Shown piece by piece: positions 1 through 10,030 of a stretch of 64,000 nt of DNA. The stretch spans positions 608,001 through 672,000 of the forward strand of contig CAXXFV010000016.1 in assembly GCA_963674595.2 (NCBI GenBank), written 5' to 3'. Below the pieces are notes generated by a model that made no database searches, was not told the origin of the DNA, and saw only the letters and a list, made by a program, of their open reading frames with translations. Source of the stretch: a bacterium. Lineage in GTDB: Bacteria > Zhuqueibacterota > Zhuqueibacteria > Residuimicrobiales > Krinioviventaceae. The position numbers and the translations under genes were made by a program. Within the stretch, counting starts at the first letter, position 1, and every line of letters begins with the position of its first letter.

Positions 1-549
1 CATGCATTCTGTTTGCATGACTCATTAATCAAAGTACCTATGATTATTCATTTCCCTGAATGGTTTGCCAGGGGAACGAATACGAATCTTGTTCAAACTA
101 ATGATATTGTGCCGACTATTTGTGACGGACTGGGTATTAATTGGGAATATGAGAGTGAAAAACAGGCTTTTTCATTTCTATCATCCAAATCACGAAACGC
201 TGCATTGACCGAAACATATAGCCCTGAAAAAATGATTGATCGTTGGCTGAAAAGAAGAACGGATCTTGACAAGGAAGAGTTTACGCAATATATTCGGGAT
301 ATAAAAAGTTATCGGACATTATCTGAAAAATATATTTGGGGTTCAGACGGTTGGAATGAACTCTATGATTTGACTGCTGATCCTTTAGAAAAGGAAAATT
401 TGATAGATCGTCGTTCTGAACAGGCCCAATTTTTATCGCAGAAACTTTCAGAATGGAATGAGACATTACGGCCTCATGTGGCTGACCCTACTCATCCGGG
501 GTTTGATAAAGACACCTGGGAAAAGTTAAAGGCACTTGGATATGCATAA
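1..549 (+). CDS. Sulfatase-family protein, C-terminal part (5' end outside the window)
   Basis: Frame is open from base 1 (HAFCLHDSLIKVPMII). It contains NLVQTNDIVPTI, ELYDLTADPLEKENL and a terminal KLKALGY, all typical of sulfatase C-termini. Confidence 0.8.
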   Translation, partial: HAFCLHDSLIKVPMIIHFPEWFARGTNTNLVQTNDIVPTICDGLGINWEYESEKQAFSFLSSKSRNAALTETYSPEKMIDRWLKRRTDLDKEEFTQYIRDIKSYRTLSEKYIWGSDGWNELYDLTADPLEKENLIDRRSEQAQFLSQKLSEWNETLRPHVADPTHPGFDKDTWEKLKALGYA

Positions 550-604
550 GGTCGAAGATGTATCAATACAACCGGCCTTGTCAGCCCAAGCCGGTATAGA
601 TAGT

Positions 605-2581
605 ATGAACGACAATAACGATAAAAAAGTTAAAATACTATTTATAATACCATCGTTTCGTGTTGGTGGTGCTGAAATACAGTTGTTGACTCTGTTGAAA
701 GGTATTGATAAAAATAGGTTTGAGCCGTTTGTTGCTGTGTTTTATTCTGACAAAGGTTTGGACCCATTTTTTAATAAAATAACCGGCATTAAAATTTTTT
801 ATTTGAAAAAAAATCGTGCCTTTGATTTTCAATCTATACTGAAATTACATAAATTAATAAAAAAATATAATTTTCAAATTATACAAGCTTTTAATATTTC
901 AGCGAGATTACTTGGCTTCATTCTTGCAAAGGTTAATACGGTACCTGTAACCATTTTAACCGAACGAAGTGCTAATCTGTTATATACTTCGTTAGGCAGC
1001 CGATTTTACCTGTTCTTTGAAAAATATGCTCTGCGATATGCTTCTTTGGTAGTCGCAAACAGCTATGCCGGCAGAAAATTTTTGCTTTCTCGTGGAGTAC
1101 CATCAAATTCTATTAAAGTGATTTATAACGGTCTGGACCCAGAGCGGCTTTGTGTTCGCCGTTCAAAAGAGGAGATACTGGAACAGTTTGACTTGCAGCG
1201 TGCATCTCATGTGGTTGCTTTTGTAGCGCGTCTGGAAGAACAAAAAGATCCTCTTACCTTTTTACAGGCAGCAAAAAAAATATCAGAAACGCACACCACA
1301 ACGTTCTTTTTATATATCGGTGATGGTCCGTTAACATCTTTGGTTAAAAAATATGCAGAGGATTGGAGTATAGCTGATAAAATAATTTTTACCGGATATC
1401 AAAATAATGTTGCTGATTTTTGGCAAATAATTGATATTTTAGCTGTTACTTCTCAAAAAGTTGAAGGATGTTCCAATGTTATTTTGGAAGCTATGACTTT
1501 TGGCAAGCCTGTGGTTGCGACGGATGTTGGTGGTAATAGTGAAATTGTAAAAAATGGAAAAACCGGATTTTTAGTTCCATCAAAAGATTCATCAAGTTTA
1601 GCTGAAAAAATTATTCTTTTATTAAATGATAAGATTTTATACGGGCAAATTAGTACGGCAGCAAAAGAAGAAGCTCTTGTTCGTTTTTCATCTGAGAGAA
1701 TGGTCAGTTCTTATGAAACACTTTATAACGATTTATTAAAACAAAACAGGATGAATAGAAACAAGAAAGTCGATATGAATATGGAAACGCAGAACAAAAA
1801 CGGACGGGCTAACGTACTTGGTTTCGAGGTCGATAAAATGACTTTGGAAAGTTGTGTGTTACGTCTTGAAGAAGCCATATCTTTACGGCAGGTGAAACAT
1901 ATTGTTTTGGTTAATGCTGCTAAATTGGTCAAAGCACGATATGACATTGAATTGGCGAATATAATTCGTCATGCAGACCTTGTTGGTGCAGATGGTGTTC
2001 CTGTTGTATGGGCATCCAAATTGTTTGGTGATGCTTTGCCAGGCCGTGTTAATGGAACAGATTTAATGGAGCGGCTGATTGAAGAAGCAGCAAAAAAAGA
2101 ATATCGTATTTTCTTTTTAGGTGCTCAGGAAGAGGTGATAACCAAAGCAATTGAAAACCTTAAAGAACAATATCCAGGTTTGAAAATTGCCGGCTACCGA
2201 AACGGATATTTTAATTCGCAAGAGGATGAAGAAGAAACAGTTCAAAAAATTTCAGCATCCAATGCCGATATTTTATTTGTAGGCATGGGCTCTCCGATGA
2301 AAGAAAAATGGGTCCGAAAGTATATTAATAATCTTTCTGTTCCTGTCATTCATGGAGTTGGTGGAAGTTTTGATATACTTGGAGGCTTGACAAAAAGAGC
2401 TCCGGTGTGGATGCAAAGATACGGCATGGAATGGTTATATCGGGTCTATTTGGAACCGAAAAGGTTGTGGAAAAGATATTTAATCACCAATACGTATTAT
2501 GTGGTTCTTGTGGCAAAAGAGATGGTTGTAAAGAGAATAAATAATAAAAATTCAAATAATGGAAAATTCAAAAAACAGTAA
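605..2581 (+). CDS. Fused glycosyltransferase: N-terminal GT4 plus C-terminal WecB/TagA/CpsF (GT26) domain
   Basis: GT4 motifs GGAE and EGCSNVILEAMTFGKPVVATDVGG. TagA motifs ADLVGADGVPVVW, GRVNGTDLM, VGMGSPMKE and GVGGSFD..G..KRAP.WMQ..GMEWLYR...EPKRLWKRY. The ORF is open from 536; ATG 605 is the likelier start. Confidence 0.88.
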   Translation: MNDNNDKKVKILFIIPSFRVGGAEIQLLTLLKGIDKNRFEPFVAVFYSDKGLDPFFNKITGIKIFYLKKNRAFDFQSILKLHKLIKKYNFQIIQAFNISARLLGFILAKVNTVPVTILTERSANLLYTSLGSRFYLFFEKYALRYASLVVANSYAGRKFLLSRGVPSNSIKVIYNGLDPERLCVRRSKEEILEQFDLQRASHVVAFVARLEEQKDPLTFLQAAKKISETHTTTFFLYIGDGPLTSLVKKYAEDWSIADKIIFTGYQNNVADFWQIIDILAVTSQKVEGCSNVILEAMTFGKPVVATDVGGNSEIVKNGKTGFLVPSKDSSSLAEKIILLLNDKILYGQISTAAKEEALVRFSSERMVSSYETLYNDLLKQNRMNRNKKVDMNMETQNKNGRANVLGFEVDKMTLESCVLRLEEAISLRQVKHIVLVNAAKLVKARYDIELANIIRHADLVGADGVPVVWASKLFGDALPGRVNGTDLMERLIEEAAKKEYRIFFLGAQEEVITKAIENLKEQYPGLKIAGYRNGYFNSQEDEEETVQKISASNADILFVGMGSPMKEKWVRKYINNLSVPVIHGVGGSFDILGGLTKRAPVWMQRYGMEWLYRVYLEPKRLWKRYLITNTYYVVLVAKEMVVKRINNKNSNNGKFKKQ

Positions 2582-2583
2582 AA

Positions 2584-4830
2584 ATGTGTGTGAGGGTTAT
2601 TGGAATGATTAAACGGTTACAGATTTTGTGGATGTTGCTTGCTGCTATCACGATTGCCAGTTCAAGTGCTTCCGGACAAACAAATACCTGGGTCAGTAAC
2701 GGCCCTTTTGGCGGTAATGTTGTTGCCCTGGCTGCAGATCCTTTGGATGTTAATGTTTTATATGCCGGCATTGATATTGGCGGAATATGGAAAACCATGG
2801 ATGGCGGCCAATCCTGGAGTTCAACCGGTGAAATTTTCAAGTTATTACAGGTTCAGGTGCAAACCATCAAGGTTGATCCTAACGCCAATAATGTAATTTA
2901 TGTAGGTACAAAAATTGGTGGATTTTTTAAAAGTGAAGATGGCGGTATCAACTGGGTAGAACATAATGTTGGGGTTCAATCATACGACATTAGAGATATT
3001 GCCTGTGATGAAAATTTAGCCCAGCATTTGTTTATTGCTACTAAATTGGGTGTTTTTGAATCAAACGATAGTGGAAATTCCTGGACACAGGTAACGACTG
3101 ATTCGTTAAAAAACCTGGAAGTCAATACATTGTTGTATGATTCTCAAAATAGCTATTTATACGCCGGAACAAATGGAGGCGGAATTTATCGTAAAGGTAC
3201 CAGCGATACCTATTGGACCTATACCAGTAATGGTTTAACAAATTTAAATGTTAATGACATTGTTTTAAAATCCTCTGCAACAGGTGAACTTTTAGCTGCT
3301 ACGAACAATAGTGTGTTTCGAAGTATTGATAAAGGTGATAACTGGGCTCCGTTTGGTTTGAACAATGTAGTTGTCAAAGATTTAGTTGTTACATCATCAA
3401 ATTCCAATTTTATTTTTGCTGCTTCCTATGGTGGTGGTGTATATAAAACAATTAATGGTGGATATATATGGACGGAAAACAACAGCGGTTTGGACAATAA
3501 TTATCTGAATTGTATTGCTGTTTCTCCGGTACAAAATTCAGTAATTTATGCCGGTACATTTGGCGGCGGTGTTTTTAAAAGTACGGATTCCGGATTTAGC
3601 TGGCAGGCAGCAAATAACGGTTTAACCAATGCCGAAGTTCAAACAATTATGAGCGATCCCTTTCATGAAAACCATGTGTATGTTGGTGTAAAGGGTGGAG
3701 GCGTGTTTTTTAGTTCAGACTCTACCAAAACATGGACGGCATTAAACGAAGGATTTAAAAATTTAAACGTTATTAAGGTTATTGCCGATCCTTCAACTCC
3801 TGGCACATTTTATGCTGCCGTATGGCAGAGTGGTGTTTATAAAAAGACCAGCGCAAGTAATAGTTGGACACAATTAAAAGAAGGTATGACAAATCAAAAA
3901 ATAAGAGATTTGGCCATCGATAAAGTAAATCCTAATGTGCTTTATGTCGCAACAGAAGGCGGCGGTGTTTTTAAATCCATAAATCAGGGAAGTAACTGGT
4001 CTGTTATGAGTACCGGTTTACCTGATTTGGAGACACGAGCCATTTCTGTTGACCCGACAAATTCCAATATCGTTTATGTTGGTACGGAAAGCGCCGGTTT
4101 ATGGAAATCAACGAATGGTGGTGTAAACTGGTTTCAGGCGAGTTACGGTGTTAATGAATCAGAAGTTCGAACTATTACAATCAATCCCGCAAATCCACAG
4201 GTTGTTTATATTGGAACCTGGGGTGGTGGAATTTATAAATCCATTGACCGTGGTGCTTCCTGGACAATGAAAAGTACCGGACTGGCCGACCGCCTAGTTC
4301 GTTCATGTGATATTGTGACGTCAAACACTTCTGAATTATATGTTGGAACTTATGCCGGTGGTATTTACAAATCTGAAGATGCCGGTGAGTCATGGCAGTC
4401 GTTTATGAATGGTATGACGGAATTTTTTATTCCTGCTATCGCGGTTGATATATATAACTCGAATGTTATTTATGCAGGAACATATACCGGACTGTATAGA
4501 ATCATTCAAACAACGTCTTCTGTTGAACGTTTGACTGATCTTGCTGTACCGGCTCAATTTGAGTTGGATCAGAATTATCCGAATCCATTTAATCCACAAA
4601 CAACTATCGAATTTTCATTGTCAAATACAAGTGAAGTAAATATTTCGGTATTTGATCTTTTAGGTAAAAAAATAAAAACTCTTGTTAATGCCAAAGTCAC
4701 TACAGGCCGATACAGAGTAGACTGGAATGCAACGGACGATTATGGAAATAAAGTAGCCAGTGGTATCTATTTTTATAGAATGACGAGTGACAATTTTGCA
4801 AAAACAATGAGGATGGTAATTACAAAATAG
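2584..4830 (+). CDS. Secreted BNR/Asp-box (VPS10/YCF48-like) beta-propeller protein with T9SS-type C-terminal domain
   Basis: Signal peptide; many S.DGG..W / GGG.FKS repeats; C-terminal FELDQNYPNPFNP...ASGIYFYRM...MRMVITK. Confidence 0.85.
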   Translation: MCVRVIGMIKRLQILWMLLAAITIASSSASGQTNTWVSNGPFGGNVVALAADPLDVNVLYAGIDIGGIWKTMDGGQSWSSTGEIFKLLQVQVQTIKVDPNANNVIYVGTKIGGFFKSEDGGINWVEHNVGVQSYDIRDIACDENLAQHLFIATKLGVFESNDSGNSWTQVTTDSLKNLEVNTLLYDSQNSYLYAGTNGGGIYRKGTSDTYWTYTSNGLTNLNVNDIVLKSSATGELLAATNNSVFRSIDKGDNWAPFGLNNVVVKDLVVTSSNSNFIFAASYGGGVYKTINGGYIWTENNSGLDNNYLNCIAVSPVQNSVIYAGTFGGGVFKSTDSGFSWQAANNGLTNAEVQTIMSDPFHENHVYVGVKGGGVFFSSDSTKTWTALNEGFKNLNVIKVIADPSTPGTFYAAVWQSGVYKKTSASNSWTQLKEGMTNQKIRDLAIDKVNPNVLYVATEGGGVFKSINQGSNWSVMSTGLPDLETRAISVDPTNSNIVYVGTESAGLWKSTNGGVNWFQASYGVNESEVRTITINPANPQVVYIGTWGGGIYKSIDRGASWTMKSTGLADRLVRSCDIVTSNTSELYVGTYAGGIYKSEDAGESWQSFMNGMTEFFIPAIAVDIYNSNVIYAGTYTGLYRIIQTTSSVERLTDLAVPAQFELDQNYPNPFNPQTTIEFSLSNTSEVNISVFDLLGKKIKTLVNAKVTTGRYRVDWNATDDYGNKVASGIYFYRMTSDNFAKTMRMVITK

Positions 4831-4833
4831 TAA

Positions 4834-7800
4834 ATGAATAAGATGTTAAAAAATCTCTATTACGTTGGGAGGTTGAAGTTGTTGGGTAAGAAGTCTTTGA
4901 GTATTGTTTTATTTTTAATAGTGCTGCCTTGTATTGCATTAGCTCAAACAGGTGTGATCAGCGATGCTACTATAATACCTCCTGATTATGACACTTTTCA
5001 GATCCCTGAAGAGGTTGGGGGAACCTATGTAGATCCTGTATTTGGAACAGTTGTTCAGAGAATTACCAATTGTTCCCGTTTTGATCAAGACCTTCTTGGT
5101 GGTTATTTTGGTAATAGTGAGATATGTTATTTTAATACAGACGGCTCTTATTTCATCTCTGCCGAAAATGAGATAATAGACGGCAAAAATCTTATAACAA
5201 CTTTTTTATACAACGGAATTACCGGCACCCGAATAAAAATGCTGGGATTGTATGACGGTGCCTTCCGTCCTGAAAGAATACGATGGGCATTGGCTGATAA
5301 ATATAAAAAGAACGGCGAGTATGTAAATTTTGATCCTGTTTATTGTTACTATACATTTGAGGGAAATGAAGTCCGCCTGTATGATGTTCGCGATCTGAAC
5401 AATTATGTTGTCATCCATGCTTTTACTGAATACACAGATATTGGTATGGCTGGTGACGAGGGTGATCTTTCGGATGATGGACGATACTGGGTTTTGGATG
5501 GTGATGCCCACGAAATGTTTGTTTACGATTTAATCGACGACATAAAATATCCTGTCAGTACTTTTGATTTGATGAATTTGGGATCAAAAGGCGATAATGT
5601 CGGTGTTGACTATGCTGCCATTTCAACAAGTGGTGAATACGTCGTTGTCGCCTGGGGAACGGCGGCCGCACTTGGCGAGCAATTTCATGGTATCGAAGTA
5701 TATGATAAAAACTGGAATTATTTACGCCAGCTACACCCCGGAATTATTCATTGGGAGATTGGTAGAGATTCCTTTGGTGATGAAGTTATTTATACAGCCG
5801 CTACATTTGAATTTAAAGAATACTTTGCTTCAGCAGGCGCTGTGCCGGGTGATATTATTTCCATTCGTCTTTCAGACGGAAATATCCGTTTGCTAAAACA
5901 TATCCCAAAGTGGACGCACCTGGTAATGACCGCATGTAACTCTGTATCCAATAGTCCTTACTTGTATGTCTCCATGATGAACCGTTCGGAAGACCCGGAG
6001 GCTTTGTGGTTCCCATTTTGGGGTGAAATTATTGAAATCCCTACAAATGGTTCCGGTGAAGTACGTCGGTTAGTGCATACCCGTTCACGTGAAATTGCGG
6101 GACGTATTGAAAAATACTATCAGCCTGATGCTGTTATTAACAGACAGGGCACAAAAATTCTATATCGAAGTACTTATAACAATACTGTTGGTGATGTTTA
6201 TATGTTTGATGTGGGGAACCGTAACGAGAATGATTCGGTTCCACCGTTAGAACCTTCCAATATTCAGGGAACATCATTAATTAATAGTATCCAGCTTTCA
6301 TGGACAGCCCCGGCCCAGGCCTCGGACGGTGACTTGGCCTCATTTTATAAAGTTTATCGGAATGGTTCACTCATTGCCGAAACTTTTAATGTTCATTATA
6401 CCGACCAGGATTTAAATGAAGCCCAAACATATTCATATCAAATATATTCCGTTGATAATGTTGGGAATGTTTCTGTTGAATCATGTTCCGGTGATTTTCA
6501 AACATTAAGTGATACCGAACCCCCAACACTTTTATCTGTTTCACTGCAAAGCCGCACTCAAATAAGACTTTTATTTTCAGAACCTGTTGATCAAACGACA
6601 ACGGATGATGTAAATAATTATCAAATTAATAACGGATTATCCGTTTTATCCGCTGTTTTACAGCCGGACAGCATGTCTGTTCTGTTAACGACCCAGACTA
6701 TTGAGCTGGGTGTTTTATATGAATTGGGACTAGAAAACATTCGGGATGTTTCTGCAAATAGCAATGTTATTGCCGCAGGTACGGTTACAGAGTTTCGGTT
6801 CCTTTCTGATTTTTATGAAGATTTTGAAAATAGTAGTACAGAAAATTGGGAGTTTAGGACTCCACAACGCTGGCAAATAGGTCAATTTGATGGTAATTCT
6901 GCGCTTTATATCACAACGAGTGAATACGAAAATCCTGGTGACTATTTATTGGGCGAATATGCGATTTTGTACGGCGATTTGGTTTTAACCAACCAGTTTA
7001 AAGTATCCTATAATGCAAAAATTCTGGATGATATTTTTTCTAATCAACATGCTGATCATGTTTTTATTTTCAGCTTTACAGATAGTTTGAATTATGAATA
7101 TTTACAATTTCATACATACGATGTTGCCATAAATAAAATAGTAAACGGCGTACGTATCTATTTGGAAAAGTTTCCTTATGAATTTAATTTGGATCAAGAA
7201 TTACATTTAAGCGCGATTTTTGAAAATGATTCTCTTTACGTATTACAAAATGACTTGCCTGTTTTAACAAAGTATTACCCCATTCATACGGCCGGTCGGG
7301 TTGGATTTGGCTCTTTTAATGATGCCGGTTGGTTTGATAATATAAATTTAGAAAATATAGGCGAGATTGATTTATCTGTTCCCGAACCTCCAACATCTCT
7401 CTACAGTTCAGGAGGTACAATAAATAGCCTTATCTTGCAGTGGACTGCTCCAATTCAACCGGAATTGTTTTATCGAATTTATCGGGATGATGTTTTAATT
7501 GGTGAATCCACTGATCCCGTTTTTACCGATACCGGTCTTGAAACTATAAAAACATATCATTATAAAGTTTACTCTGTAAATTACTCTGGCGTGCAAAGTG
7601 AAGTAGCCGCATCCGGGAGTTTTGCAACATCTTCTGATGTTGAGGCCCCTGAAATAACTGCCATGCACATAAACAGCCGAACTGAAATTCATTTGGAATT
7701 TAGTGAACCGGTTGAACAAAATTCTGCAGAGAATACATCGAATTATGTTATTGACAACCAGATAAATGTTCTTCAGGCAACTTTATCAGATGATTCTCTT

Positions 7801-8547
7801 ACTGTTGTCTTGCAAACTGAACCGATAGATTTAGGCGAAGAATATACATTAACTGTTAATAATGTAACCGATGTATCCGCCAACCGAAATGCCATTGAGA
7901 GTAATACAATCATTCCTTTTGGATTGTATGTAGATTTTTTCGATGATTTTGAAACAACAGTTGCTGAAAACTGGACGTTTTACACAGATAGCCGCTGGTC
8001 ATTAACTGCTGACAACGGCAGTCAAACCTTGTTTTTAAATACGACCGACTTTGAAAGTCCTGCGGATAAATTATTGGGAGAAGCTGCCCTGCTAAACGAA
8101 TCGGTATTTAGTTCGCCTTATTTTGTTCTTTCCTGTAAGGCAAAAAGTGCTGAAAATTTATTAGAAAATCAGAATGCTGATTATGCTATCGTTTTTGGAT
8201 ACCAGGACAGTTTAAATTATCATTATTTGCAATTTCACATGAACGATGTTTCGATACATACAATTGAAAACGGGATCAGGACCTATTTAATTAAGCATCC
8301 TCATTATTTGGAACTGGACCAATATCATCAAATATCCGTAACATTGAAAAAAGATTCTCTAAGCGTAAATATTGACGAGCAATCTATTTTTTCTCAGGAA
8401 TTTGTTAATAATTTTGGAAACCAAATCGGTTTAGGCTCTTTTAACGACGCTGCCTATTTTGATAATCTAAGTCTACAAACATATATTGAGAATGACAAGA
8501 CACCTCCTGCAAAGCCGACTGGACTTTATATTATTTTGGCAAACTAG
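4834..8547 (+). CDS. Large secreted protein: N-terminal propeller-like domain plus two copies of an FN3 / Ig-like / beta-sandwich module
   Basis: Hydrophobic N-terminus ending ALAQ. FN3 motifs LSWTAP..YKVYRNG..YTDQDL. Two similar units (FSEPVDQ..NNYQI / FSEPVEQ..SNYVI; GFGSFNDAGWFDNI / GLGSFNDAAYFDNL). Confidence 0.75.
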   Translation: MNKMLKNLYYVGRLKLLGKKSLSIVLFLIVLPCIALAQTGVISDATIIPPDYDTFQIPEEVGGTYVDPVFGTVVQRITNCSRFDQDLLGGYFGNSEICYFNTDGSYFISAENEIIDGKNLITTFLYNGITGTRIKMLGLYDGAFRPERIRWALADKYKKNGEYVNFDPVYCYYTFEGNEVRLYDVRDLNNYVVIHAFTEYTDIGMAGDEGDLSDDGRYWVLDGDAHEMFVYDLIDDIKYPVSTFDLMNLGSKGDNVGVDYAAISTSGEYVVVAWGTAAALGEQFHGIEVYDKNWNYLRQLHPGIIHWEIGRDSFGDEVIYTAATFEFKEYFASAGAVPGDIISIRLSDGNIRLLKHIPKWTHLVMTACNSVSNSPYLYVSMMNRSEDPEALWFPFWGEIIEIPTNGSGEVRRLVHTRSREIAGRIEKYYQPDAVINRQGTKILYRSTYNNTVGDVYMFDVGNRNENDSVPPLEPSNIQGTSLINSIQLSWTAPAQASDGDLASFYKVYRNGSLIAETFNVHYTDQDLNEAQTYSYQIYSVDNVGNVSVESCSGDFQTLSDTEPPTLLSVSLQSRTQIRLLFSEPVDQTTTDDVNNYQINNGLSVLSAVLQPDSMSVLLTTQTIELGVLYELGLENIRDVSANSNVIAAGTVTEFRFLSDFYEDFENSSTENWEFRTPQRWQIGQFDGNSALYITTSEYENPGDYLLGEYAILYGDLVLTNQFKVSYNAKILDDIFSNQHADHVFIFSFTDSLNYEYLQFHTYDVAINKIVNGVRIYLEKFPYEFNLDQELHLSAIFENDSLYVLQNDLPVLTKYYPIHTAGRVGFGSFNDAGWFDNINLENIGEIDLSVPEPPTSLYSSGGTINSLILQWTAPIQPELFYRIYRDDVLIGESTDPVFTDTGLETIKTYHYKVYSVNYSGVQSEVAASGSFATSSDVEAPEITAMHINSRTEIHLEFSEPVEQNSAENTSNYVIDNQINVLQATLSDDSLTVVLQTEPIDLGEEYTLTVNNVTDVSANRNAIESNTIIPFGLYVDFFDDFETTVAENWTFYTDSRWSLTADNGSQTLFLNTTDFESPADKLLGEAALLNESVFSSPYFVLSCKAKSAENLLENQNADYAIVFGYQDSLNYHYLQFHMNDVSIHTIENGIRTYLIKHPHYLELDQYHQISVTLKKDSLSVNIDEQSIFSQEFVNNFGNQIGLGSFNDAAYFDNLSLQTYIENDKTPPAKPTGLYIILAN

Positions 8548-8590
8548 TAAATTTCCCCATACTTGATAAATTTCCGTATATAATACTTGT

Positions 8591-8634
8591 ATGTACAAGT
8601 AATTATTTTGATTTCTCTGAAATTACTTGTACAT
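8591..8634. repeat. Perfect 14-bp inverted repeat (terminator or protein-binding site)
   Basis: ATGTACAAGTAATT (8591-8604) and AATTACTTGTACAT (8621-8634) with a 16-nt spacer, intergenic. Confidence 0.6.
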
Positions 8635-8679
8635 TTATGTTTAAATTCTGTCATGAATTGTTAATAGCATGGAATATGA

Positions 8680-9756
8680 ATGAAAGTATTGTTACTTACG
8701 CATGATTTGTACGGAAAAGGCGGGATAGGAAATTACTTTAACATTTTACATGGCAAATTTACATACCATGTTGATTATCATATCACGGGATCACGATTAA
8801 ATGAAAAAGGTTTTTTTCAAAATGTTTTTCGTTTTTTTAATGATTATATACAGTTTTTAAAAATTTATAAAAACTATGACCTCATACATTTAAACACATC
8901 CTTGCGTATTAAATCATTTTGCCGGGATTTGGTTTTTCTCTGGTTTTCAAAATTGGCAAATCGAAAAATTGTTGTTTTTATTCATGGCTGGAACCATGAT
9001 TTTTCTTCGTTTGTTGAAAAATATATACTCTGGTTTTACAAGTTTATCTATTTTAAGGCCGATTCTTTTATTGTTTTATCATCGGAATTTAAAGAGATAT
9101 TGATTAAATGGGGATATACAAAGCCGATCAGTATCCTATCCACGCTTGTTGATGATGAGGTCCTCGATTCTTTTTTGGAAAAAGATGTTTATCGACGAAT
9201 TGAGCGGGAACAGACTAATATCTTATTCCTTGCGCGAATTGAACGGGAAAAAGGAATTTATGAAACAATTGATGTTTTTCAAAAACTGTCTGCCAAAGTT
9301 GCAAATTTAAATTGTTCTATTGCCGGCGACGGGAAAGAATTTAATAATGTTGTTCAATATATCAAAGACCGAAATATTCAGAATATAAAAATTTTAGGTT
9401 TTGTAACAGGTGATCAAAAAAACAACTTGTATAAAGAAGCGGATTTATACCTGCTTCCGACAAATTATGGTGAGGGCATGCCTACTTCTCTGTTGGAAGC
9501 GATGTCATTTGGATTACCGATTATTACCTGTGCAAAAGGCGGTATAAATGATTTTTTTGAGCCGGAAAAGATGGGTTTTATCATAAATAATAATGATCAG
9601 TTGTTATTATGTGAAAAACTGGAAACTTTGGTAACAAATCCGCAGTTACGCTTGCAACTAGGACTTTATAATTACCGTTACGTTCGGCAGCATTTTCCCG
9701 CATCACGGGTTATGAAAAAAATAGAGGCTGTTTACGAGTCTACAATCAATGCTTAA
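8680..9756 (+). CDS. Glycosyltransferase family 4
   Basis: GKGGI near the N-terminus, FLARIEREKGI, and EGMPTSLLEAMSFGLPII. Confidence 0.88.
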   Translation: MKVLLLTHDLYGKGGIGNYFNILHGKFTYHVDYHITGSRLNEKGFFQNVFRFFNDYIQFLKIYKNYDLIHLNTSLRIKSFCRDLVFLWFSKLANRKIVVFIHGWNHDFSSFVEKYILWFYKFIYFKADSFIVLSSEFKEILIKWGYTKPISILSTLVDDEVLDSFLEKDVYRRIEREQTNILFLARIEREKGIYETIDVFQKLSAKVANLNCSIAGDGKEFNNVVQYIKDRNIQNIKILGFVTGDQKNNLYKEADLYLLPTNYGEGMPTSLLEAMSFGLPIITCAKGGINDFFEPEKMGFIINNNDQLLLCEKLETLVTNPQLRLQLGLYNYRYVRQHFPASRVMKKIEAVYESTINA

Positions 9757-9794
9757 CATATTGTCTTGTATAGCCTTGTTTGTGGAAAAATAAT

Positions 9795-9823
9795 TTGACT
9801 TTACAATCTAAATTAAGTATATT
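9795..9823 (+). promoter_or_regulatory. Sigma70-type promoter for tRNA-Leu/tig
   Basis: TTGACT-17 bp-TATATT ending 10 nt before the tRNA. Confidence 0.7.
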
Positions 9824-9833
9824 ATCGTCTCTC

Positions 9834-9916
9834 GCGAGAGTGGCGGAACTGGCAGACGCGCTAGACTTAGGATCTAGTGCCCCTAGGGCGTGGGGGTTCG
9901 ACTCCCCCCTCTCGCA
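9834..9916 (+). tRNA. tRNA-Leu (anticodon TAG); CCA not encoded
   Basis: Acceptor GCGAGAG/CTCTCGC plus discriminator A; D-arm TGGCGGAACTGGCAGACGC; anticodon arm CTAGA-CTTAGGA-TCTAG; long variable arm; T-loop GGTTCGACTCC. Confidence 0.97.
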
Positions 9917-9934
9917 CTTTTTCAATTTAGGTTG

Positions 9935-9974
9935 TCGGCGAGTAATTTTAAAAATTTTACTCGGCGATTTTTTT
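9935..9974 (+). terminator. Hairpin plus U-tract downstream of tRNA-Leu
   Basis: TCGGCGAGTAA ... TTACTCGGCGA (one mismatch) followed by T7. Confidence 0.55.
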
Positions 9975-10030
9975 ATATATTTATTTAACGGTTTGTAACG
10001 GAAATTAAAATTTAATAGAGGTAATAAACT

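Noticed and set aside
9834-9975. tRNA-Leu as an integration site for an island
   Set aside because: No integrase and no duplicated tRNA 3' end seen; tRNA-Leu before tig-clpP-clpX is an ordinary arrangement.
9780-9998. 72-aa ORF in the supplied track
   Set aside because: It runs across tRNA-Leu and its promoter; a shadow ORF.
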